Positions 32,353 through 43,434 of a stretch of 64,000 bases of DNA are shown one piece after another (the first letter of the stretch is position 1; every line of letters begins with the position of its first letter). Below the pieces are notes generated by a model. It did not search any database, was not told where the DNA came from, and saw nothing but the letters and a program-made list of their open reading frames with translations. Source of the stretch: Acidimicrobiales bacterium (GTDB lineage: Bacteria; Actinomycetota; Acidimicrobiia; Acidimicrobiales; Aldehydirespiratoraceae); contig JAJCXW010000200.1 of NCBI GenBank assembly GCA_029263235.1, positions 11,978 to 75,977 on the forward strand, read 5' to 3'. The translations under genes and the position numbers were made by a program.

Positions 32353-34221
32353 TCAACCCTTGAGCTGAGTGGCGATCACGACCTCGGTGCCGAACGCGTG
32401 GACTTCGTCGGCCGGGGGGTCGGTGGCCAATACCGGCAGAGCGACGTTGCCCTGAACAAGGGTGACCACGAACCCATCGGCTTGAAGAATCGCAGTGGCT
32501 TCGCTGACATCGAGGCCGATCACGTTGGGGATCGGACGAGGCGCCGGCCCGTCGGAAACGACTACCTCGACGGTGGTGCCACGATCCTCCAACGCTCCCG
32601 GCGACGGCAGGAAGTCGATCACACTCCCAGCCGGGACACTCTCGGAATTGCGATGGCTCTCTACCGGGCTGAACCCGGCCAGCAACAGCAGGTCGGTGGC
32701 CTCGGCCACGTCGAGGCTCACGGGCACATCAGGAACAAACCTTCGGGCCGGCCCGTCGGACACCAACAGGTCGATCGAGGTTCCGGGATCGAGTTCGGTC
32801 ACTCCGGCGGCCAGCCCGACATCGATCACCTGATCGGGCGGAGCCGTCTCGCTGTGCTCCCGGCTGACTCGGCCGACCTCCAGGCCAACCACTTCGAGAC
32901 GGTCGGTTGCCTCATCGAGTGATACACCGATAAGTGTCGGCACGACCACCAGTTCCTCACCGAGCGAGACGTAAATCGTCACGGTCTCGCCCTCTTCGAG
33001 AGTGGTGCCCGCAACCGGCTCGGTGCTGACCACCTCCCCTTCAACCGTGCCCGCCTCACGAACATCTACCACTTCGAGTAGCCAACCGAGCTCTTCGATC
33101 TGCAGGGTTGCTCCGGCCTGGTCGACTCCCGCCATGTCGGGAATCGGATGGGCGACGGGCTGGCTGGCCAGCCACACCGCGGTTCCTCCTGCCGTGGCCA
33201 GGGCCACCAACAAGACCGCGGCCGCCATCCACGGCCAACGCCGCCGGCGGCCTCGCACTCGCCGCGTGCCGCGGGCGGGTGGTGGAGAATCATCGGATTC
33301 GGAAGCGGGGACCTCGCCCAGGCGAGTGGCATCGTTGGCAGCCCGGGCCGAATCGGGGTCGAGCGCCCCGACCAGTGGAATCGGATCGGGGCGCGAGAGC
33401 GAAGATGCCGATTGCATGAGCAACGAAACGAACTCTCCAGCGGAGGGCCGATCCTCGGGACGAAGCGAACCGGCGCGGCGCAACGCGCCCTGCATCGGGC
33501 CGGTGTCGAGATGCGGTTCGAAGGGAGCATCGGCTCGGGCCATCAACGTGGCGACAGCGGTGTCGGACACAAAGGGAACTTCCCCGGAGACGATCTCGTT
33601 GATCACCAGCGCCAGAGCGTAGACATCGGCGGGCGGCCCGACCCGCTCACCACGAGCCTGTTCGGGAGCGGCGTATCGAACCGTGCCGACCATCGACGAA
33701 TCGGGTTCGGTCCAGCCAGCCTCAGCCAGGGCTCGGGCCAGCCCGAAGTCGGCGATCCGCAGGCGGGCTCCCTCGCCGAACAGAAGATTGGCGGGCTTGA
33801 TGTCGCGGTGCACCAAGCCTTGTTGGTGGGCGTACTCGAGTCCCCGGCCGGCCTCGAGCCCTATGAGCAGCCCCTGCGAGGGGGTGAGGAGAGTTCCGGA
33901 CGCCAGGATCGAGGCGAGGCTGCCGCCCGCCAAGTACTCGGTGACCAGATACGGCACCTCGTCGTGACCCCAGTCGTAGACCCCGAGAACGTGAGGATGG
34001 TTGAGAGATGCAGCTGAGTGGGCCTCAGCCCGAAAGCGTCGGAGGAAGGTGTCGTCGTCGGCAAGCGCTTCGTGCAGGATCTTGATTGCCACCCGGCGTC
34101 GGAGAGTGACATCGTCGGCGAGGAACACTCGGGCGGAAGCGCCGGTGCCTATGGGCGCGACAATGCGGTAGCGGCCTCCCAGCACTCGGCCGATCTCACC
34201 ATCTAGGTCTCCAATCGTCAT
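32353..34221 (-). CDS. Ser/Thr protein kinase with four extracellular PASTA domains (PknB-like)
   Basis: GTGASARVF...AIK, HRDIKPANLL, DFGLAR, then a TM (WMAAAVLLVALATAGGTAVWLA). Four PASTA starts follow: IPDMAGV, VPTLIGV, VPDVPVS, IPNVIGL. Confidence 0.9.
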   Translation of the reverse strand: MTIGDLDGEIGRVLGGRYRIVAPIGTGASARVFLADDVTLRRRVAIKILHEALADDDTFLRRFRAEAHSAASLNHPHVLGVYDWGHDEVPYLVTEYLAGGSLASILASGTLLTPSQGLLIGLEAGRGLEYAHQQGLVHRDIKPANLLFGEGARLRIADFGLARALAEAGWTEPDSSMVGTVRYAAPEQARGERVGPPADVYALALVINEIVSGEVPFVSDTAVATLMARADAPFEPHLDTGPMQGALRRAGSLRPEDRPSAGEFVSLLMQSASSLSRPDPIPLVGALDPDSARAANDATRLGEVPASESDDSPPPARGTRRVRGRRRRWPWMAAAVLLVALATAGGTAVWLASQPVAHPIPDMAGVDQAGATLQIEELGWLLEVVDVREAGTVEGEVVSTEPVAGTTLEEGETVTIYVSLGEELVVVPTLIGVSLDEATDRLEVVGLEVGRVSREHSETAPPDQVIDVGLAAGVTELDPGTSIDLLVSDGPARRFVPDVPVSLDVAEATDLLLLAGFSPVESHRNSESVPAGSVIDFLPSPGALEDRGTTVEVVVSDGPAPRPIPNVIGLDVSEATAILQADGFVVTLVQGNVALPVLATDPPADEVHAFGTEVVIATQLKG

Positions 34222-34239
34222 CTCTCAAAACGTAGCCCC

Positions 34240-34716
34240 ATGAGAGCCGCCGACGGTGGCTTCTACCCGAGCCGTACACTCCCGAGCGTGACAAGACGGA
34301 GCAAGACCATTTTCGCTGCCCTCCTGCTCTCCGGAATGTCGATGTTCGTCATTGCCGGTCTGATCGGCCGCGACAGTGCCACTGACGTGTCGGTCTCGCA
34401 GAATCCCGCCATCGATGAGCTGATTCCCAACCGAGGCGATGAGGTGTTGCAACAAGCATCCGTCGGTATCGATCTGGCGCCGGAGTTCCGCCTTCTTTCA
34501 CTCGTGATCTCACCCAATCTCAACTGCACCGGTGGGGTCGAGGTGATCGACTTCACCAACCAGCTCGAGGGACTCAACCGATACGTCTATGTGGCTGACT
34601 CAGGCAAGCCTCTCGGGTCCCTGTCGGCGGACGACAACTGTGCGGTAGCGATCTTCGAAGAGACATCACGACCGGGCTCCACGCAGAGAATCGACTGGCA
34701 ATTCACGGTCAACTGA
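34240..34716 (+). CDS. Small N-terminally anchored exported protein, unknown function
   Basis: TM IFAALLLSGMSMFVIAGLIG followed by ~110 aa of beta-rich sequence with two Cys. Only 18 bp from the divergent kinase start. Confidence 0.5.
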   Translation: MRAADGGFYPSRTLPSVTRRSKTIFAALLLSGMSMFVIAGLIGRDSATDVSVSQNPAIDELIPNRGDEVLQQASVGIDLAPEFRLLSLVISPNLNCTGGVEVIDFTNQLEGLNRYVYVADSGKPLGSLSADDNCAVAIFEETSRPGSTQRIDWQFTVN

Positions 34717-34783
34717 GCAGCCCCCAGCGGCGGCGGGGCCGCATCGACCACAGGACAAGACCGATTTCTCTAGGATCCAGCAG

Positions 34784-36040
34784 ATGAAGTTCAGAGCCTG
34801 GCTGGCGCTGCTGGTCGTCTCCTCAGTTGTCGCCACATCCGTCGCCGCGGCCGGCGAAGTCGAGGATGCGGTGGCCGCGACCAGCCACACTCCCGCCCAG
34901 TACGCGGCCACCCTTGATCTGGCCGAACTCGATGGTCTGGCACCGTTGGGCCCCCCACCTGTGATCACCGGCGACATCGCTCTCGATGCTCGGATTCGAG
35001 CAATCGCGGAGGCGCGTGGCTACAGGCTCCGACCGAGTCCGGGCCGGCCGCTCATGACCGTCGACGGCCGCTTTCTTCAGCCGGAGGCCGCGGCGGGGTG
35101 GATGTCGTTGAAGGCAGCCGCGGCCGCCAACGGGCACTTTCTCTCTATCACCTCTGCCTACCGCGATGTCGCTTCGCAGTTCCGCAGCTTCCGGCAACGA
35201 CTCAACGGAACCTCCGATGCGTCGATCGACACCGCGCTGCGCACCGTCGCGGCACCGGGCTACTCGAAACACCACACCGGCTACACCATCGACATCAAGT
35301 CATCCACCGCATTCGGATTCGCGTTTCGCGGCTCGCCGGCCTACGCCTGGCTTGCGGCCGACAGTTTCGCCAATGCCAAGGCCCACGGCTGGATCCCCAG
35401 CTACCCAGAGGGCGCTGTTCTGGTAGGGCCCAACCCCGAACCCTGGGAGTTCGTCTGGGTCGGGTCGATCAACATCATCTGTGGCGACTTCCAGCCGACC
35501 GTCGATCGGCCGTTCTGCGACACCATCGGCTCGGCATTCGCGGCCGACATCAACTGGCTGATGGCCCAACAGATCACGGCCGGCTGCCGAGTCGACCGTT
35601 TCTGCACCTCGGGGCTTCTGACCCGGGCGGAGGCCGCCACCATGATGTGGAGGATGGTCGGGTCTCCGACCCAGGCAGCGACATCCACCGACTTCACCGA
35701 TGTACCCGGCCACGCCTTCTACGCGGTTCCGGTGCGATGGATGGTCGACAACGGCTACACCAGTGGCACAAGTACCACCACCTTCGAGCCCGACGAGCCG
35801 GCGACCCGGGCCCAGTTCGTCACCGTCCTCTGGAGACTGGCCGGGCAGCCCGAACCTCTCGAGCCCCTGCGATTCGACGACGTCAATCCAAGTGATTTCG
35901 CGGCTACGGCCATCACTTGGGCGGCCGAGTTGGGCATTACCCATGGCACCTCACTCACGAGTTTTTCTCCCGGATCCACCGCCAGCCGCGGCGAAGCCTC
36001 GGCCTTTCTGCATCGGTATTTCCTGGCCACGACCCTGTGA
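34784..36040 (+). CDS. Secreted VanY/M15B-type D-Ala-D-Ala carboxypeptidase fused to three SLH domains
   Basis: Signal peptide MKFRAWLALLVVSSVVATSVAAA. M15B motif GYSKHHTGYTIDI (SxHxxGxAxD). The region EPWEFVWVG occupies the place of the usual ExxH motif. Three SLH-like units (F.DV...W....G.T.G.....F.P....TRA). Confidence 0.8.
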   Translation: MKFRAWLALLVVSSVVATSVAAAGEVEDAVAATSHTPAQYAATLDLAELDGLAPLGPPPVITGDIALDARIRAIAEARGYRLRPSPGRPLMTVDGRFLQPEAAAGWMSLKAAAAANGHFLSITSAYRDVASQFRSFRQRLNGTSDASIDTALRTVAAPGYSKHHTGYTIDIKSSTAFGFAFRGSPAYAWLAADSFANAKAHGWIPSYPEGAVLVGPNPEPWEFVWVGSINIICGDFQPTVDRPFCDTIGSAFAADINWLMAQQITAGCRVDRFCTSGLLTRAEAATMMWRMVGSPTQAATSTDFTDVPGHAFYAVPVRWMVDNGYTSGTSTTTFEPDEPATRAQFVTVLWRLAGQPEPLEPLRFDDVNPSDFAATAITWAAELGITHGTSLTSFSPGSTASRGEASAFLHRYFLATTL

Positions 36041-36055
36041 TGGGATGATCGGCGG

Positions 36056-37090
36056 GTGAAAGAGCAGGTCCTACGGCGATGTCAGGATGCCCTCCCTGAA
36101 TGGAGGGGGCTCCACACCGACGACTTCGAGTTCGACGACCCCAAAGGGTTCTCGTCGTTCACGATGGGGGTCCGGAGCCGCCGCGACGTCGAGCCGCCAG
36201 CGGTGCTCTACCGGCATCTGGCCGGAAAGGAGAACGCCATTCTCGACTTCGACACTGAGCGGCGCACGTTTCTGCTGCTCGGACGGGAGAGGATCGCCGC
36301 CCACTGTCACCACTACGACAACACGTGTCGGATCGAAGCCTTCTACCGGGGACGCACCCTGACCGCCGACGACGTGTTCAACCCGGCACACCAACGAGGG
36401 GTCGCCGATCAGCTCTTCCGGTTCCACCAACTCGAGCCCGACGGCCTTCCGGACCGAACCTTCTTCGAGCTCCTTCACGAGCAGTGGGGTGAGATGGCCC
36501 GCTCGGTATTGGGCGAGCATCGATCAGAGTTCCCGCCCGATGAGCAAGCGTTGTGCGACGATCTCGACGCGATCCACCATCCCGACACGATCGCCAAGGT
36601 GCTGCGCTGCCTGCCCGACCGACCGCCGGTGTTCTGCCACAACGACACCTACCACGGCAACGTCATGCTGCTCGACGACGGATCCATCAAGCTGCTCGAC
36701 TTCGAATTCTCGTGTCTGAACCACATTGCTTTCGACTTCGCCAACCTGTTCGCCGAGACGGTCATGGAGCACGGTCTGGTCGATCCGCCGCATTTCCGAA
36801 TCGCCGAGCCTCGATTCACCGATGCCGACCTCGCTTCCTTGATCGGCTTCTACCTCGACAACATCGAGTTCGCTGGCACGGCCGAACGTTCCACCGAACT
36901 GTCGTTGCTGGTCGAGGAAACCCGTCGGGCCCTACTGCTCTCCGACTACATGTACGCCATGGCGGCGCTCCCACTCGCCCTCGAACCAATCCAGAAGATT
37001 CGTTTCATTCCCTACGCCCATCAACGGTTCCGGAAGTTCCTCGCTTCCTGGGATCGGGAGTTCGCTGATCAGGTCGACGGAGGTAGTTGA
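36056..37090 (+). CDS. Choline/ethanolamine-kinase-like (APH-fold) phosphotransferase
   Basis: Brenner motif HNDTYHGNVML and the metal-binding LLDFEFS. GTG start. Confidence 0.75.
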   Translation: MKEQVLRRCQDALPEWRGLHTDDFEFDDPKGFSSFTMGVRSRRDVEPPAVLYRHLAGKENAILDFDTERRTFLLLGRERIAAHCHHYDNTCRIEAFYRGRTLTADDVFNPAHQRGVADQLFRFHQLEPDGLPDRTFFELLHEQWGEMARSVLGEHRSEFPPDEQALCDDLDAIHHPDTIAKVLRCLPDRPPVFCHNDTYHGNVMLLDDGSIKLLDFEFSCLNHIAFDFANLFAETVMEHGLVDPPHFRIAEPRFTDADLASLIGFYLDNIEFAGTAERSTELSLLVEETRRALLLSDYMYAMAALPLALEPIQKIRFIPYAHQRFRKFLASWDREFADQVDGGS

Positions 37091-37094
37091 TTCC

Positions 37095-38195
37095 ATGCCC
37101 CTACCGTCGAGTCGCGACCGCGAACAGGTCCGTGCCGGACTGGCCGACTGGATTTCCGGTCAGGTCGGTGCGCTGGTCGAAATCGACCGACTCGATATTC
37201 CCGACGGTGCCGGCTTCTCGTCGGAGACCTATCTCTTCGATGCGACCTGGGCGGGCATGACCCACGCTCTTGTCTGCCGGATGGCACCCGAGACCGCTGA
37301 TATGCCGGTGTTCGCTAGCTACGACCTGGGTCTTCAGGTCGATTCGATGTCGATCGTGCGCGACCATGCCGCCGCGGTGCCGGTTCCCGAAGTCCGCTGG
37401 TTCGAGCCCTCGCCCCTGCCGCTCGGCGGCGAGTTCTACATCATGGATCGTGTCGCCGGCCGCGGCGCCCCCGACAATCCGCCCTACGTGTTCGGGTCCT
37501 GGGTCACCGAAGCCACCCCGGCTCAGCGGCGAGTGGTACAGGACCACTGCGCCGACCTGATGGCAGGAATCCACGCCATTGAAGTCGACGACCGTATCCA
37601 TACGATCCTGTCGCGCCCGAAATGGGGGGAAACCCCTCTCGATCAGCACCTAAATCATCAGCGCTGGTACTACGACTGGGCCAGAGGCGATCTCGACTTC
37701 CCATTGATCGAACGAGCCCTCGATTGGCTCGACTCCAATCGTCCAACCAGCGATCCAGTTGGAATCAACTGGGGCGACGCCCGTGTCGGAAACATCCTCT
37801 TCGACACCGAAGGAGCCTTCGAACCAACTGCGGTGGTCGACTGGGAGATGGCGTGCCTAGGGGCGCCCGCTGCCGATGTCACCTGGCAGCTGATGCTCCA
37901 CCACTTCTTCCTCGATGTTGCCGACGTGATGGGGATGGGCAACCCGGTTCCGGACTTCCTGCACGTCGCCGACTTCGTCGGACGATACGAGGCCACCGCC
38001 GGCCACCGCCTCACCGATCTCGAGTGGTACTACGTGTTCGGTCATCTCAGGTTCGCGATCATCACGCTGCGGACCAGCCGTAGGGCGATCCTCGCCGGCG
38101 ACATGCAACCCCACGACGACCCCCAGAATCTCGTCAACAATCGTCGGTTGCTCGAGGCTTCACTGGCCGGCTCGAATCCCTACTGGGATCTCTGA
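37095..38195 (+). CDS. Aminoglycoside-phosphotransferase-fold family protein
   Basis: INWGDARVGNILF (catalytic loop) and VVDWEMACLG (DxE metal site). 4 nt downstream of the previous kinase. Confidence 0.75.
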   Translation: MPLPSSRDREQVRAGLADWISGQVGALVEIDRLDIPDGAGFSSETYLFDATWAGMTHALVCRMAPETADMPVFASYDLGLQVDSMSIVRDHAAAVPVPEVRWFEPSPLPLGGEFYIMDRVAGRGAPDNPPYVFGSWVTEATPAQRRVVQDHCADLMAGIHAIEVDDRIHTILSRPKWGETPLDQHLNHQRWYYDWARGDLDFPLIERALDWLDSNRPTSDPVGINWGDARVGNILFDTEGAFEPTAVVDWEMACLGAPAADVTWQLMLHHFFLDVADVMGMGNPVPDFLHVADFVGRYEATAGHRLTDLEWYYVFGHLRFAIITLRTSRRAILAGDMQPHDDPQNLVNNRRLLEASLAGSNPYWDL

Positions 38196-38219
38196 GCAAC
38201 CAGGGACGGCGATATCCGC

Positions 38220-40316
<2,097 letters not shown>

Positions 40317-40363
40317 CTACTCGGCCGCGGTGACACCGTTGGCTGCCGCAGGGCTCCACCACG

Positions 40364-41302
40364 GTGGCGATACGGTGGTCGGCCTTGACCACCCATCCCG
40401 GTACCGAAGACCCGACGCTGTCCTCGGGACGACTCCAGAGAGCAGCGTTGGCAGCCGGTCCCGTGGCTGTTTGGGCAGCTCAGCCCTTCACCTCCGGAGA
40501 GCTGATCGGCGAGGCGCTGGATCCCACCCGCAACGGATTCCGCGGCGCGGTGTCGTGGATGGCGTGGATCGCCTGGGCTGTGGTGCTGCTGGCACTGACG
40601 ATTCCACGACCACCCGCTCTCACCCTGGGCCGTATCGGGTCAGCGGCAGCGTTTCCTGCCGCCATCTGGGCTGCTCTCGAAATCGACTCCAACTCGATCA
40701 TCCTGGTCGGACTGATCGCCGCGGCAATCGCTGGCCTGGTCCCGATGCTCGCGTCGGTCGGCGAGCGCTTCATCGACGGCGCCAGCTACGGCGACGAACG
40801 TCGTTTCGCCCTGAGGCCGCCCGGCACGGTGATGGCGATCCTCCTGCTGCCCACCTGGGCGTTCACCGTCGTCGCGATCTCACTCGGTCCGCTTCTTCTC
40901 GCCGACAGCCGTTGGATTCTCGGGGGGCTGGCCACTGCCCTCGGGATTCCGGGAGCCCTCGTGGGCTACCGGGCACTCAGCCGACTCACCGATCGTTTCC
41001 TCGTCATGGTTCCCAACGGACTTGTGATCCACGATCTCTCCCTGTTGGCCCAGCCGGTTCTGATCAATCGGAACCAGCTCGAGTCGATCGGTCCGGCTCG
41101 GGTCGATTCGGAAGCAGAGGACCTCACATCTCAGGCTCTCGGGCTGGCCCTCGAGGTGCGGCTCATCGAACCAATCACCCTGCCGATCGTGTCGGCTCGC
41201 GGACAGGCCGACGAACGTTCGATGAGGGCCCTGATGGTTTCGCCCAGCCGGCCGGCCGAGGTGCTGTCCACCGCCGCCGAGCGAGGCTTCGTCATCGGCT
41301 GA
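40364..41302 (+). CDS. Polytopic membrane protein with a C-terminal soluble (possibly bPH-like) domain, unknown function
   Basis: Four to five hydrophobic helices then ~110 aa of soluble sequence (RFLVMVPNGLVIHDLS...). Preferred over the Arg/Pro-rich alternative frame 40330..41445. GTG start is uncertain. Confidence 0.55.
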   Translation: MAIRWSALTTHPGTEDPTLSSGRLQRAALAAGPVAVWAAQPFTSGELIGEALDPTRNGFRGAVSWMAWIAWAVVLLALTIPRPPALTLGRIGSAAAFPAAIWAALEIDSNSIILVGLIAAAIAGLVPMLASVGERFIDGASYGDERRFALRPPGTVMAILLLPTWAFTVVAISLGPLLLADSRWILGGLATALGIPGALVGYRALSRLTDRFLVMVPNGLVIHDLSLLAQPVLINRNQLESIGPARVDSEAEDLTSQALGLALEVRLIEPITLPIVSARGQADERSMRALMVSPSRPAEVLSTAAERGFVIG

Positions 41303-41463
41303 CCCGCTGTTGCCGCTGGGATCGTGGCTCCCCGGCCAGACCCCAGCGGCGAGGGATCGCCGCAGAACTATTTCGTTGGTGTTCAAGCTCGCTACTCAGA
41401 GCGAACCACCATCTGGCGGAGCATCTCACAGGAATCGCCGCTTGACGTTGTGCAATTTGGTGC

Positions 41464-42345
41464 ATGCCATGCAACAATGGTGTCGTGGACAGCCCCAAAC
41501 CCGAGTCGGAGCTTCGCAGCGTCATATCGGACGGTTTGTCGCGCCTCGACCGTTCCCAGGGCGGCCGCTACATGTCGACCATCGCCCGACGCCTGGGGGT
41601 CGACCGGTCGACCGTGAGTCGATGGCGACAACACCAAGCGACCGCCCGACCGGACCATTGTGAGGAACTCGCCCGAAACTGGCCGAGTTTCTTCGATCTC
41701 GATCACCTCCTCGACCTCCACTACCGATCGCTGCAGATCGATCCGGTCAATTCCCGTCGAACCGCTGGCGTCGAGACATTCTTCGACACGGCATCTCTTC
41801 TGCGGGCGGCCACCGTAGACATTCTGGTTGATCCTCCCATCGCCACCGACCGTGTCATCCGCCTCGCCGCCTTCCATCTCGAACAGGTCGGAACTGACGC
41901 ATTGACAACAGATCGACTCTTCGCCGGCGAACCGGCTGAGCGACTTGTAGCCCTCAGAGAGTCGATAACAGAACGGGCCCAACAGGGCTGGGATGTCAAG
42001 GTGGTGATCAGCGCAGGCAACAGCGAGCGATTGGCATCGATCAACGGCATGGTGCGGGCGATCGACGGACCGGAGGTTGAAATCTTCGCCTACCCGTTCC
42101 GCGTGCCCCTCGTGATCGCCCCACTGATCATAGCGAACCGAACAGTCATATTCACCTACGATCACCGGCGGTGGGAGCTCCCCGGATCGGCGATGATCGT
42201 CAGATCACGTACGGCGGCCGACTGGGCCAGCCGATACTTCGATGAGCTGATATCGGACGCGCCGTTCCAGCTCCGCCGACCATCCGGCATCGATCAGTCC
42301 GAACTCGACCGTTTCGCACAGGCTATGGATCAGAGGCCCTACTGA
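41464..42345 (+). CDS. Orphan HTH-domain protein with an unrecognised ~220-aa C-terminal domain
   Basis: HTH YMSTIARRLGVDRSTVSRWRQ. Atypical codon use for this window (ATA x4, ACA x4, many CGA). The antisense 257-aa ORF looks non-coding. Confidence 0.65.
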   Translation: MPCNNGVVDSPKPESELRSVISDGLSRLDRSQGGRYMSTIARRLGVDRSTVSRWRQHQATARPDHCEELARNWPSFFDLDHLLDLHYRSLQIDPVNSRRTAGVETFFDTASLLRAATVDILVDPPIATDRVIRLAAFHLEQVGTDALTTDRLFAGEPAERLVALRESITERAQQGWDVKVVISAGNSERLASINGMVRAIDGPEVEIFAYPFRVPLVIAPLIIANRTVIFTYDHRRWELPGSAMIVRSRTAADWASRYFDELISDAPFQLRRPSGIDQSELDRFAQAMDQRPY

Positions 42346-42370
42346 ACCAGCGATCTGCCCCGGCCGAAGA

Positions 42371-43396
42371 TCAGGGACGAGCCGCGATGCCGCCACCGAT
42401 CACCGTGTCGTCGGAGTAGGCGACAACACTCTGACCCATGGCAATCCGGCGATGCGGCTGGTCCCAGCGAACCGTCATCGTCGCCACGTCGATCTGACCG
42501 CGGGCGGGGACTCCGTGGGCCGAACACTGCACGTCGACCGATCCCGTGGACGGCTCGTCGAACCACTGCCACGACTCGAGGTTGGTCGACGCCGTATCGA
42601 GCGAAGACCGCTCACCCACGGTGACGACCGCCGACGCCGTATCGATGTCGATCACATAGTGGGGGTCGGTTCCGCCCACGAGCCCGAGACCCTTGCGTTG
42701 CCCGATGGTCACCAACTCCACAGCGTCGACCGAACCCACTTCATGGCCCTCGGAGTCGACGACCTTTCCTCGTCGCAGCGGAATGCGATCGCCGAGAAAC
42801 AACGCTCGGCCGTGCTGATTGGTGATGAAGCACACGTCCTGGCTCTCGGGCTTGGTGGCCGTGCGAAGACCCATGTCGGCAGCGATGCGTCGAACATCGG
42901 CCTTGGTCATCGAACCGACCGGCAGCATCAAGCGGTCGAGCACCGGCTGGTCGAGGACATGCAGCACATATGACTGGTCCTTGCCCGGGTCGGCCCCGCG
43001 GGCGAGCCTCGATCCTCGAGCCGTTTGCACGATCCGGGCGTGGTGGCCGGTGGCGATGCGGGAGAAACCGAGCGCCTCGGCCCGGTTGAGAAGCCGGTCG
43101 AACTTGAGGTGTCGATTGCATTCGATGCACGGGTTGGGGGTCCGTCCGGCGGCATGGTCGGCGGCATACGGCGCGACCACATCGCGCTCGAAATCGTCGC
43201 CGAAATTGAACACGTGGTGCTCGATACCGAGTTGATCTGCGACACGACGAGCGTCGTCGACGTCGCTGACCGCGCAACATCCCGTGTCGCTCTCACCGCC
43301 CCACAGCTTCATGGTGACCGCCACGATCTCGTGTCCGGCCTCCTGGAGAATCGCCGCCGCCACCGACGAGTCGACACCGCCCGACATGGCAACCAT
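42371..43396 (-). CDS. mnmA: tRNA 2-thiouridine(34) synthase
   Basis: PP-loop VAMSGGVDSSVAA and full-length MnmA blocks. ATG at 43396 (alternative GTG at 43432, just after the upstream stop). Confidence 0.9.
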   Translation of the reverse strand: MVAMSGGVDSSVAAAILQEAGHEIVAVTMKLWGGESDTGCCAVSDVDDARRVADQLGIEHHVFNFGDDFERDVVAPYAADHAAGRTPNPCIECNRHLKFDRLLNRAEALGFSRIATGHHARIVQTARGSRLARGADPGKDQSYVLHVLDQPVLDRLMLPVGSMTKADVRRIAADMGLRTATKPESQDVCFITNQHGRALFLGDRIPLRRGKVVDSEGHEVGSVDAVELVTIGQRKGLGLVGGTDPHYVIDIDTASAVVTVGERSSLDTASTNLESWQWFDEPSTGSVDVQCSAHGVPARGQIDVATMTVRWDQPHRRIAMGQSVVAYSDDTVIGGGIAARP

Positions 43397-43434
43397 CACC
43401 GGTCCGTTGGGCCGTTCGCCCACCGGCGACACGA

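Noticed and set aside
40330-41445. 371-aa alternative frame overlapping the membrane-protein gene 40364-41302
   Set aside because: The translation is dominated by Arg, Pro, Gly and Ser with no hydrophobic core. The 40364 frame gives clean TM helices and normal composition.
41392-42165. 257-aa minus-strand ORF antisense to the HTH gene
   Set aside because: Cys/Arg/Gly-rich, no motif, no plausible start context. The plus-strand frame has a clear HTH and coherent secondary-structure-like periodicity.
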